From Desulfobacterales bacterium (GTDB lineage: Bacteria; Desulfobacterota; Desulfobacteria; Desulfobacterales; DTYH01), in assembly GCA_012961955.1 (NCBI GenBank), contig DTYH01000241.1:1-47880 (forward strand): DNA of 47,880 nucleotides, in the 5' to 3' direction. Positions within the stretch are counted from its first letter, which is position 1, and each line of letters begins with the position of its first letter. This document shows, piece after piece, positions 19,506-28,960 of this stretch. Position numbers and translations under genes: made by a program. The notes beneath the pieces are model-generated. The model did no database searches. It had not been told where the DNA came from and saw nothing but the letters and a program-made list of their open reading frames with translations.

Positions 19506-20034
19506 TCGATTCCTCCTTAACCTTTTTCCATGATCGATAACAGGGATTTCTACAATAGCCCCCTAAAATAATGATAAAAACCTTGGCAGAACTGTCACCG
19601 CAAAACTATTAGTTGTTCCTATACGGAATTTGTGTCTTATTTCCTCTGTTCTACTCGGTCCGGCTACCTGTTTCAGAACAAATCGTCCTCATGGTTGGTA
19701 CGCAGCGGTATAGGTTTGGAGTTATTTTTCACATCTTTTGGCCTAAGTCAAGTCCATACATTTCTTCTACAACGATCCTTATGTCACTGTTGACAGGGTA
19801 AAGAAAAGCTTCACCCGTGAACAGTTACGTCCTTTTTTAGTTGTTTCTGCATCTAAGCATGGTTCAGGACTCAACAGCCTTTTGAGACATTGAACTGTTT
19901 CATACGCACACATATTGATCCTTGGTTTATTGTTGACATAAATGTATCATTTTGATAGTCAATAACTTACGGCTTGGGAATGGTCCGAGAGGGTGTCTGG
20001 ACAGAATCGATTTATCTACCTTTCTTGGATAACT

Positions 20035-20145
20035 ATTCAGGTCGAAAGCGTTATGGTGAGCGGGAGCGAAGTCTCTAAACAGATTTTTCGGTCGCGATCA
20101 GAATGACCGGGAAAAGCACAGCAACAGAAAAGAAGAGCCTCTTGA
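20035..20145. repeat. Dispersed repeat family B, partial inverted copy B3
   Basis: gaaagcg...cagaatgaccgggaaaagcacagcaacagaaaag matches the reverse complement of B1 (gaacgaaagcg...cggaatgaccatgaaaagcaaagcagcagacaaaaag). Confidence 0.55.
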
Positions 20146-20205
20146 GTAGGTTACCCTTCTTGTAACTTATTCACAGCGAAGATCGATACTTGAGGTCAAT
20201 TTAAG

Positions 20206-20754
20206 ATGATGAATAAACCCAAACCGTGTGACATGCTTACAGACTTTGTCACCGGAAAGCAGGTCCCCAATATAGGTGCGGAAGAAAACCGACAGCGAGT
20301 AGAACGGTTTCTGGTTGAGAATAGGGGTTACAGTAAAGAGGACATTGAGGTGGACGCTGATATTGTCTTCAACATTGGTGATGAACAGGTCCGTTCCAAT
20401 GTTGACCTGGTTGTCCGTGTCCAGGGAAAGAGGTTCATGGTGCTCAGGTGCGTACCAGGCTCACTGGTATCTAGAGAACGAGAAACCCTGGCCTCTGCCA
20501 GGTTACTGGATTCGTATCAGATCCCCTTTTCAGTTGTGACAGACGGAAAGGATGCGGAGCTCCTTGACACGATTACCGGAAAGGTGATTGCCAGCGGAAT
20601 GGAAGCGATTCCCTCCAAAGAGGAAGCCATAAGACGTATAAATGAAATAGATTTCCTGCCTTTTCCCAAAGAGAGGCTAGAACGAGAAAAGATCATCTTT
20701 CGATCATACGACGAAATGAACATTAATGTCCAGAGGAGGCTTAAAAGAGAGTGA
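20206..20754 (+). CDS. HsdR N-terminal-domain-like (PD-(D/E)xK fold) stand-alone protein
   Basis: 182-aa ORF. The pattern D.VTGK.V.....EE.RQ.VE..L....GY....I...........VD....... (RCVPGS)...A..QL..Y resembles the small type I restriction enzyme R N-terminal domain proteins. No R-M partner genes are nearby. Confidence 0.45.
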   Translation: MMNKPKPCDMLTDFVTGKQVPNIGAEENRQRVERFLVENRGYSKEDIEVDADIVFNIGDEQVRSNVDLVVRVQGKRFMVLRCVPGSLVSRERETLASARLLDSYQIPFSVVTDGKDAELLDTITGKVIASGMEAIPSKEEAIRRINEIDFLPFPKERLEREKIIFRSYDEMNINVQRRLKRE

Positions 20755-21052
20755 CAAAACAATGTGTCCAGGAAAACAAAACACGCTTTTGTGGTTTCAC
20801 CGAGAGGTTAAACGCCTACGGCCGGAGACTTATAAGGCAAAGATTGTTCTTGACATGTCAGATGGTTTCTAATAAGTGTAACGTTTTTATAAATTTGTAC
20901 GTATGGAGATTTTTTAGGAGTCCTTTTCGTCCTAAAACTCAAAAAACCGCGCGTATAGCCGGGGTAAATATATTTTTGTTACACCCGATGATAAAAGGCT
21001 TTTACATTCAACGGTGACTTATATTAAGTATAATTGAGAAAGGAGAGATGTT

Positions 21053-22312
21053 ATGGCTGAAACAGGACATGGTGGCAACCAAATCGTTGAGAGGATTTTG
21101 GAGCCTCAAGAGGCCGCCGAAAAGATTAAAGGGCTAAAATCGATCCCGATTCGAAGTCAGATTGCAAACGAGGTAATAGACATTGCATACGGGTGGTTCA
21201 CGCCTCTGCAAGGTTTCATGGGCAGGGCAGATGTGGATGCTGTATGCAAGAACATGAGGTTGGTAAATGGGACCATCTGGAGTATCCCTATAGTCTTCGA
21301 TCTCTCAGAAGCGGAGGTATCCGACTACGGTATTAAGGAAGGGGATACGGTGCTTCTGACATATGACGACAACCCGATGGCCATATTTGAAGTGGAGGAG
21401 ATATACGAGTACGACAAAAAGGAGATGTGCCAGGCCGTATACGGGACGACAGAGGAAAAACACCCGGGTTGTGCAAGAACGTACAGTTACAAGGACAAAT
21501 TCCTGGGTGGCAAGATTACGCTTGTCAATCGGCCAAAGATCAACCCTCCATTTGAGCCATACTTTATCCCACCCCTTCAGATGAGAAAGATATTTAAAGA
21601 GAAGGGATGGGAAAGGATTGTGGCCCATCAGACAAGGAATGTTCCTCATACAGGACATGAATGGCTCATGAAAGGCGCATGGCTGCAGACGTACGCTGAG
21701 CTATCTATTGAAAAACCCCTTGTCGGAGTCTTGGTAAATGCGATTATTGGCGAAAAGCGGAAAGGGGACTATATCGATGAGGCCATCATCTTAACACAGG
21801 ACGAGTTGAGGAAGGCGGGTTACTTTGGGGATCATAACCACTTGACCTCTCTTACCTTCTGGGATATGCGATATGCAGGACCAAGGGAGGCAGTCTTTCA
21901 TGCGATGCTACGGGCCAATTTGGGCTTGACACACCACATGTACGGGAGAGACCATGCAGGAGTGGGGGACTATTATGGCACTTATGAGGCCCACCATTTG
22001 CTCGCCAGCGTACAGGATGATCTAGCCATTACTCCTGTATATTCCATGAACTGGCTGTACTGCCCGCATTGCGGCGAAATCACATCCGAGGGGCTTTGCA
22101 ACCACAAAGATGAGTGGCAAAAGTTCAGTGGTACACTCATCAGGAGTATTGTCCAGGATGGTGTGAAACCGCCCAGGCTGATATTCAGGCCAGAAGTCTT
22201 TGATCTCGTAATGGAATGCGCCGAAAAATACGGTTTTGGATCGCCCTTCGTTACAGATGAATATCTTGAAAAGAGAACACCTGTTTTTACAATTCCGCCA
22301 TTGAGTGTATAA
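21053..22312 (+). CDS. sat: Sulfate adenylyltransferase (ATP sulfurylase)
   Basis: 419-aa ORF with AGGAG RBS. Motifs VAHQTRNVPHTGHEWL (QxRNxxHxxH) and GRDHAGVG. Size matches the dissimilatory-type Sat of sulfate reducers. Confidence 0.93.
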   Translation: MAETGHGGNQIVERILEPQEAAEKIKGLKSIPIRSQIANEVIDIAYGWFTPLQGFMGRADVDAVCKNMRLVNGTIWSIPIVFDLSEAEVSDYGIKEGDTVLLTYDDNPMAIFEVEEIYEYDKKEMCQAVYGTTEEKHPGCARTYSYKDKFLGGKITLVNRPKINPPFEPYFIPPLQMRKIFKEKGWERIVAHQTRNVPHTGHEWLMKGAWLQTYAELSIEKPLVGVLVNAIIGEKRKGDYIDEAIILTQDELRKAGYFGDHNHLTSLTFWDMRYAGPREAVFHAMLRANLGLTHHMYGRDHAGVGDYYGTYEAHHLLASVQDDLAITPVYSMNWLYCPHCGEITSEGLCNHKDEWQKFSGTLIRSIVQDGVKPPRLIFRPEVFDLVMECAEKYGFGSPFVTDEYLEKRTPVFTIPPLSV

Positions 22313-22327
22313 GAGGGAGGTGAAATC

Positions 22328-22627
22328 ATGGCTGAAGAAAAATATCCGATCAATATCTGGGTAAACGAAGAACGATACGAAAAGCTGAAGAATGCCGGAC
22401 TTGCTGACATGTGCGAGGAGATGCTGGCTGGTATGAAGGTCATAAGGGTGTATGCCAACGATGCTCAAAAGGACAAGATATTGGCTAGATTTCCGACAGC
22501 AAAATTCGACGCTTCGACCACCAAGAGTATTGAACTCCTTCCGAGGGATGTGAAGGATAAGATTTTTGATAAGGTTGTTGAAAAACAGAGCATAGATGTG
22601 CTGGACGAGTTCCTAAACGAATATTAA
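22328..22627 (+). CDS. Small acidic hypothetical protein co-oriented with sat
   Basis: 99-aa ORF, 15 nt after the sat stop, with GGGAGG RBS. Followed by a strong hairpin. No recognisable domain. Confidence 0.5.
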   Translation: MAEEKYPINIWVNEERYEKLKNAGLADMCEEMLAGMKVIRVYANDAQKDKILARFPTAKFDASTTKSIELLPRDVKDKIFDKVVEKQSIDVLDEFLNEY

Positions 22628-22636
22628 CACAAATGG

Positions 22637-22668
22637 GAGGGTGTCTCTCCTTTACGAGAGACACCCTC
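22637..22668 (+). terminator. Stem-loop after the sat operon
   Basis: Perfect 13-bp stem GAGGGTGTCTCTC / GAGAGACACCCTC with a 6-nt loop, 10 nt after the stop. The trailing T tract is weak (TTCT). Confidence 0.45.
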
Positions 22669-23362
22669 TTCTGACCTACCTCCCTCCTTAACCTTCTTCC
22701 TCATAAGGAAATACTCGTGGTCCGCATGCTTCTGTAGACTCGGCACACTGAGGGAGACACTTAGACGAACACGCCAAAGAAGCTTCCCGTTATCAATCCT
22801 CACATCCAGCCTCGTAACTTCCTCACTGCGACCGGAACTCGACTATTCCGGCCAAAGCTGGGGCGAGTAATTCTTGGCTTCCAATCCATTACTTTATTTC
22901 TTCGGACCAGTCCTCTTTTAGGGGGTGTATGGCATAAGATGAGCCTTCAACATCGTTCCGGTCAAAATCTTCCAAGATCGGGCGACATTCTTCAATCAGG
23001 CAAGGCTTGTTTAACACCCTCCTTCTCGATTCAGGGGTCCCTTCCCGGACGCCCATCAGCCACATGAGATCCGTACCCTTCTATTTGAGATTTGACCATT
23101 CTCTAGCTTGTACGTCTCCGAGGGTGACCTTCCTCACCTCTCTTTCTGAAAGACGGCTCAACTATGCAATAAGATTCATTTCATAGATGTGGGGTGGTTC
23201 TTTCTGAACCGATTCAATGGTTTCGGTGTAAACCTGTATTGATTCTAGCATGATCTGATCAGGAGGCTCTGAACCCCCCTTACCTCCGAGAAGAGGTAGA
23301 AGATATGCGCAACACTAATCTGAACGGGGAGAGAAAAATTTAAGAGTATCTTCTGAACGGAT

Positions 23363-23743
23363 CTAAATCAGGTGTCTCACTACCTGCCATAACTCTTCAG
23401 TATTAATTGGCTTGGCGACATAGTCCTCAGCTTCGGTAGACATCCCGTCCGCATGAGAATAGGTCGTGTTGGGCACCTTTTCGCCTACTGCTGTCAGTAG
23501 GACTATTGGGATATCCCTAGTTTCTTCCTTTGCCTTGAGCTCAGCGCACAGAACATAACCATTCTTTCTCGGCATCATAACATCGAGAACAATTAGGTCT
23601 GGCCGTCGTTTTTTAATGGATTCTTCTGCCTCGATCCCGTCATAGGCCCGACCAACTTCAAACCCTTTACTCTCCAGCATCATAGCCGCAGTTTCCAGAT
23701 CGTCAGGCTCGTCGTCCACAACCAATATGTACTTCTTGTCCAT
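23363..23743 (-). CDS. Single-domain response regulator (CheY-like receiver)
   Basis: 126-aa ORF with canonical REC residues (VVDDEPDD, LIVLDVMMP, LLTAV, YVAKP). Confidence 0.9.
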   Translation of the reverse strand: MDKKYILVVDDEPDDLETAAMMLESKGFEVGRAYDGIEAEESIKKRRPDLIVLDVMMPRKNGYVLCAELKAKEETRDIPIVLLTAVGEKVPNTTYSHADGMSTEAEDYVAKPINTEELWQVVRHLI

Positions 23744-23804
23744 GAATTTCCTCCTTTTCTTTGTTTCAAATGAAAGTAGTAAAATAACTAATCTCTACAT
23801 TCTA

Positions 23805-24737
23805 CTAAACCACCTCTGGCCTTGGATAAAGGCCGCTCCGTTCCACGATCTCCGGCACTTTCTCTTCCCACTCAATAGCCATAATGTGAAAACCTCTGAC
23901 GCCTTCCACTTCTCTGAGCCTCTGTATGGTCTCAACACATATCTTGATCCCTTCTTCTGGCTGCTTCTCCTTAGGTACACCACTCATTCTTTTGACTATT
24001 CCATCAGGCACATCCATACCAGGTACGCGATTCTTCATGTATCTTGCCATGCCTGCCGACTTTAAAGGTGTCACTCCCGCCAGGATGTATGTCTTCTCGT
24101 GGAGGCCTCTATCTCTCGCCATCTTCATCCACGACTCGAACTTCTCAACGTTATAGACACACTGGGTCTGTATAAATTCCGCCCCAGCAGCTATCTTTTT
24201 TGCCAGGCGGCGAACCCGTATCTCAAATGGGTCTGCAAATGGATTTGCCGCTGCACCCACAAACATCTTTGGAGGTCGCTGAATATCTTCCCCCCCTAGG
24301 AACTTGGCCTCATCCCTCATGAATCTGACAGTCTGAACCAAATTTATTGAGTCAAGATCGAATACGTTCTGCCCATGCGGGTTGTCGCCAAATATCTGAT
24401 GATCTCCGGAGAGGCATAATATGTTATAGATATCAAACGATGCAGCACCAAGGATATCACTTTGTAAGGCGATTCGATTCCTGTCTCTTGTGACCATCTG
24501 AAGTACTGGTTCAACACCCATTAGCTTGAGGTGGATACAGGCAGCCAGACTACAGAGGCGGGTCACTGAGGTCTGATTGTCAGTAACATTGATGGCATCA
24601 ACATGATCCTTGATCATCTTGGCCTTCTTTGTAACAAACTCTCCATCACTACCGCGGGGCGGACCGCACTCAGACGTAACTGCCAGATGTCCAGCTGCAA
24701 GAATCTTTTCCAGCTTACTCGGCGTATTTGTGTTCAT
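23805..24737 (-). CDS. metF: Methylenetetrahydrofolate reductase, acetogen/SRB type
   Basis: 310-aa ORF. MTHFR motifs (ECGPPRG, INVTDNQ, MVTRDRNRIALQSDILGA, LSGDH). ATGA overlap with upstream metV. Confidence 0.88.
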   Translation of the reverse strand: MNTNTPSKLEKILAAGHLAVTSECGPPRGSDGEFVTKKAKMIKDHVDAINVTDNQTSVTRLCSLAACIHLKLMGVEPVLQMVTRDRNRIALQSDILGAASFDIYNILCLSGDHQIFGDNPHGQNVFDLDSINLVQTVRFMRDEAKFLGGEDIQRPPKMFVGAAANPFADPFEIRVRRLAKKIAAGAEFIQTQCVYNVEKFESWMKMARDRGLHEKTYILAGVTPLKSAGMARYMKNRVPGMDVPDGIVKRMSGVPKEKQPEEGIKICVETIQRLREVEGVRGFHIMAIEWEEKVPEIVERSGLYPRPEVV

Positions 24738-25402
24738 AGTCTTAAGTCCTCCCTGACTACCCTTCTGGGTCCACCGGCCCGTTCAGTGGACCAATCTTTA
24801 ATGGGAATAATCTTCTCATAGTCGTCCAGTCTACCCAGTTCATTAAGCCGGTCGATGATAAGCTGCCAGGCACAATCGAGCTCTTTATCTATTTCACACT
24901 TCCCTTTTGTGGATCCGCCGCAAGGGCCATTGAGGATTCTTTTAGCACACCGGGAAATGGGACAGATTCCAGCTGTCTCTCCTAGGATACATTTCCCACA
25001 CCCCTGACACCGTTCGCTCCAGACACCCCTTTCCTCAGTCACCCCCATGAAGCAAGTATCTACTCCTGGCAAGACACGGGTCCTGAAATATTTCTCAGCC
25101 ATAAATTGTACTCCGGCGCCACAGGCCAAGGAGATTACTACATCATATCGGTCGATGATCTTCCTCAACTCTTCCAGATATTCGTGGTCGCACTGACGCT
25201 CCAGGGTGACCTCGTCAATCTTCATATTCTTTCCCTGATTCATGAAATACATGCGAAGCGCCGAGGCAAGTATCCCCACCTCTTTTTTGCCACCCGCCTC
25301 ACAGACTGTAACGCATTCATTACAACCTGCTATAAGGATCTTTTCATAATCCCTTACCCCTTCAATGATCTCCTCGATCGGCTTTTGTTTCGCCACAATC
25401 AT
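24734..25402 (-). CDS. metV: MetV (MTHFR C-terminal-domain, Cys-rich Fe-S/Zn subunit)
   Basis: 222-aa ORF. Cys clusters (GCNECVTVCEAGG; CQGCGKCILGETAGICPISRCAKRILNGPCGG) as in the MetF-associated small subunit of acetogens. Confidence 0.75.
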   Translation of the reverse strand: MIVAKQKPIEEIIEGVRDYEKILIAGCNECVTVCEAGGKKEVGILASALRMYFMNQGKNMKIDEVTLERQCDHEYLEELRKIIDRYDVVISLACGAGVQFMAEKYFRTRVLPGVDTCFMGVTEERGVWSERCQGCGKCILGETAGICPISRCAKRILNGPCGGSTKGKCEIDKELDCAWQLIIDRLNELGRLDDYEKIIPIKDWSTERAGGPRRVVREDLRL

Positions 25403-25469
25403 ATTGCTACGACCTCGCTTTCTAGGGTTAGTTGATCAGTCGAGTAGCCGCATCTACTCCACAAAAAAA

Positions 25470-25907
25470 TCATATCATGCACCCATTCTTTTCCTTACTT
25501 ATTTTGATCGGGTTAGGTCCCATCTTTCTTATCTTTTCCGTCATTTCAACAGCGATCTCGGCAAACCGGGGTCCTTCACCAGAAGAGAGGTTATACATCT
25601 GCACCCGCTCACCTCCAACACCTATGCTTTCCAATATATGCTGAGCCTGTTCCACCCGCTTCCGGGCCCTCAGGTTGCCGCTATTGAACCGACAGTCACC
25701 TTCCAGGCAACCGACTACATAGACTCCGTCTGCCCCCTTTTCAAAAGCCCGTAAGAGATGAAGGACATCGACTTTGCCGGTACAAGGAACACCGATAATC
25801 TTTATATTTTCTGGGTATTGGATACGCATGGAACCTGCCAGGTCCGCGGCTGAGTATCCTCAGAAGTTACAGCAAAACGTGATAATGATCGGCTCGAATC
25901 CTTCCAT
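25470..25907 (-). CDS. mvhD: MvhD-like [2Fe-2S] protein with an in-frame TGA (predicted Sec) at codon 16
   Basis: Track ORF 25470..25829 extends in frame to ATG 25907, which overlaps the hdrA stop as TAATG. Reading: MEGFEPIIITFCCNF-TGA(25860-25862)-GYSAADLAGSMRIQYP.... The TGA replaces the second Cys of the CNWC motif that is present in the paralog at 29.7 kb. Confidence 0.75.
25820..25859 (-). promoter_or_regulatory. Candidate SECIS stem-loop for mvhD copy 1
   Basis: The RNA immediately 3' of the UGA is GGAUAC-N28-GUAUCC, with an inner GGACC-UGGCA-GG(U)UCC hairpin. Confidence 0.45.
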
Positions 25908-28900
25908 TATAAGACTCCTTCCAGCAAGGCTTCGACTTTGCTTAAAACCTGTTCATCTTCGTACCAGTTTAGTTGAATCGCCTTTGCAGGGCATTCCGCG
26001 GCACAGATTCCGCAGCCGTGACACAGGGCCTCATCAATTTCGCTGGCACCCTTCTCATTGACTCGAGGTACATCATAAGGGCAAGCCCGAACACATATAA
26101 GGCATGCTGCACACCTGTCCTGGTCTACGTTTGCGGTTACGGCAGAAAGGACGATCTCTGGCTGGGAAAGGAATGTGGTAGCCCTGGAAGCTGCCGCAAG
26201 GGCCTGAGAGATGGTCTCGGATATGAGCTTTGGGCTGTGCGCTGTGCCGCACAGGAATATCCCTTCATTCGCCAGATCGACTGGTCTCAATTTGACATGG
26301 GCCTCAATGAAATATCCCTCTTCGTTTCTGGGTAGCTTGAGGATAGAAGCCAGTTCTTCTGTATCCTCAGGGACCATGCCCGAGCTCAAGGCCAGCAGAT
26401 CGGCCGGAACCTGAAGATCCCGTTGAAGCAGGTGATCCTTGAAGGTTACGATCACGCCTTCTCTTGCAGATTCAACAACCGGTGGGTTGTCGACATGGTA
26501 CCGGAAAAACGCGACGCCTTTGCGTCTGGCCTCGGTGAAATAGTCTTCCAGCAGCCCATACGTTCGTATATCACGATATAGGATATAAACCTCGGCATCC
26601 GGATTAAGCTCTTTTATATGCAAGGCATTCTTCACAGCGCTCTGACAGCAGACTCTGGAGCAGTTGGGGTTTTCCTCGTTCCTGGAACCAACGCATTGGA
26701 TCATGACCACCCGCTTGAGGTCAGAAGCCCCCTTTACCTCCAATCGTTTCCCCAGTTCAATTTGGGTCATCACGCGAGGATCCTGTCCGTATAAATACTC
26801 TTTTGGTTTGTACTCATTAGCACCAGTGGCCACAATAACCACCCCGTGCTGAATCTTCCGCTCGTACATTCGGGGACCGACCAGAATCTCCGTGGTGAAG
26901 TTCCCTTTGAATCCAGTGAATCCGACGATGAGAGATTCGGTCAGTACCTGAATCATTTTATGCTGGTTGACCTTTTCGATCAGCTCATATAGGTAGGCCT
27001 GTATATCCTCACCTTCGATAGTGGTTGTTAATTCCCTTGCCAGACCGCCAAGTTGGGCCTCTTTTTCCACAATCACCGCCTCAAAACCCTGGTCTGCAAG
27101 ACCTAAAGCGGCATTCATACCTGCAATACCGCCCCCGATCACCAGTCCTCGTCGGTTGATGGGAATCCTTTTTTCTTTGAGTGGTTTTAGTAGATTCGCC
27201 CTGGCCACCGCCATCCTTACGAGATCCTTCGCCTTGTTAGTAGCGGTCTCGGGATCGTTTCCATGAACCCATGAGTTATGGTTTCTGATATTGGCCATCT
27301 CGAACAGATACTTATTCAGACCACATGCCTGAAGAGTCTCCTGGAACATCTGTTCATGTGTCCTTGGGGAGCATGAGGCAACCACAACCCGGTTTAGATT
27401 CTTCTCTTTGATCACCTCTTTGATCTTGTCCTGGGTGTCCTGAGAGCAGGTGAAGAGATTCTGATCGGTAAAAACAACATTGGGCAGGGTGGCAGCGTAT
27501 TCGGCCACGGCAGGGACGTCAACGACACCACCAATATTGATCCCACAATTGCAGACGAAGACCCCGATCCTGGGCTCCTCTTCCGCCACATCGATCTCAA
27601 CCGGCATCTCAATGGACTTTGCGTCTCTTCCCCTTGCTTCGGCAAGTACTGTCGCTGCTGCACAAGCAGCAGCACTGGCCTCAGTAACCGAGGTGGGAAT
27701 ATCTTTTGGACCTTGAAACACTCCACTGACAAAAATGCCTGGTCGTGATGTACTGACTGGTGAAAACGGATGGGTGGCCGCAAATTTGTATTTGTTCACC
27801 TCCACACCAAGCCTTCTGGCCAGGTCAAGAAGTGAATCAGGGATTCGCAAGCCAACGGACAGCACGACCATGTTGAATGTTTCTCTCTTTAGCTCTCCTC
27901 CTTCATCAACGTACTCTATGGATAAATCTCCAGTCTCGCGTACCTCATCAATGGTGTGAATCCTGGACTTGACAAACCGGACTCCACTCTTATCCTTTGC
28001 TCGTTGGTAGTACTTCTCGTAGTCTTTTCCGAAGGTTCTCATGTCGATGTTGAATACGGTACAGTCAAGTTCTCCATGTGAATGCTCCTTGGCGATCATG
28101 GCCTCCTTTATGGCATACATGCAACAGACAGAAGAACAATAGCCATTCCCACAAAGATTGACATCCCTTGACCCCACACACTGAATCCAGGCGATTCTCC
28201 TGGGCCCTTCTCTGTCCAAGGGTCGCATAAGGTGTCCTCGATAAGGGCCAGATGCACTCAAGATTCTTTCAAACTCTTCGCTGGTGACCACGTTGGAAAA
28301 CCTACCATAACCTAATAGCTCCAAGCCTGATGGATCAAAACCCTGACTCCCTGGAGACAGTATCAACGCTCCAACAGAAAGGGTGGTTCTTCTTTCCGTA
28401 TCATCGTAATTGATGGCCTTTGCCAGGCACATGGCTTCACAAAGGCCGCAACCAATGCATGTATCTGGATCAATTGCAAAGGCAAGAGGTACAGCCTGGG
28501 CATATTCTATGTAAGCAGCTTTCCTTTCATCCAACCCTAGATTATATAGGTTGAGAGTCGTGACAGGACAGTGTTTGGCACATTCCCCACAACCCGTACA
28601 CTTAACAGGATCGATATACCGGGGATAGCTGATCAGTGTGACCTTAAAATTTCCAGGCTTGCCTTCAACGCTTTCTATTTCACTATTTGTGACGATATTT
28701 ATGTTCAGGTGCCGGCCGACCTCGACCAGTTTCGGAGAAATAATTCACATCGCGCAGTCATTGGTCGGAAAGGTCTTGTCCAAACGGGACATCATACCGC
28801 CTATACTTGACGACCTCTCCACTAGGTGAACATAGTACCCCGAATTGGCAAGATCCAATGCGGCCTGCATGCCTGAAATGCCTGCACCGATGACCATTAC

Positions 28901-28933
28901 TGATCCACTCTTGATATCTTTTATATCTCCCAT
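25907..28933 (-). CDS. hdrA: Large tandem-module HdrA-like flavoprotein (1008 codons) with an in-frame TGA (predicted Sec)
   Basis: Track ORFs 28745..28933 and 25907..28534 are in the same frame with TGA 28745-28747 as the only stop between them. Reading: VIGAGISGMQAALDLA...[21 protein letters not shown]. It has two GxGxxG sites, two CVGSR...CC modules and four CxxCxxCxxxC ferredoxin motifs. AAGGAG RBS before ATG 28933. Confidence 0.82.
28712..28729 (-). promoter_or_regulatory. Candidate SECIS hairpin for hdrA copy 1
   Basis: The RNA CUGGUC-GAGGUC-GGCCGG starts 15 nt after the UGA. It forms a 6-bp stem (including G-U pairs) with a GGUC-containing loop. The 20 nt CTGGTCGAGGTCGGCCGGCA are identical in hdrA copy 2, although flanking synonymous sites differ. 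Confidence 0.6.
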
Positions 28934-28960
28934 CTTGACTCCTTATTTGTAACCCTCAGT

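Noticed and set aside
21020-21040. A perfect TATAAT just upstream of sat might be its -10 box.
   Set aside because: No acceptable -35 exists at 16-18 nt (ATTCAA/TTCAAC), and the resulting leader would be only ~15 nt. It is possible but not supportable from sequence alone.
26211-28000. Numerous 60-125-aa track ORFs lie on the plus strand or in alternative frames inside hdrA, as well as inside the kinases, the antiporter and other genes.
   Set aside because: They are antisense or overlapping shadows of long, well-supported genes, with low-complexity or Ser/Pro/Arg-rich translations and no RBS.
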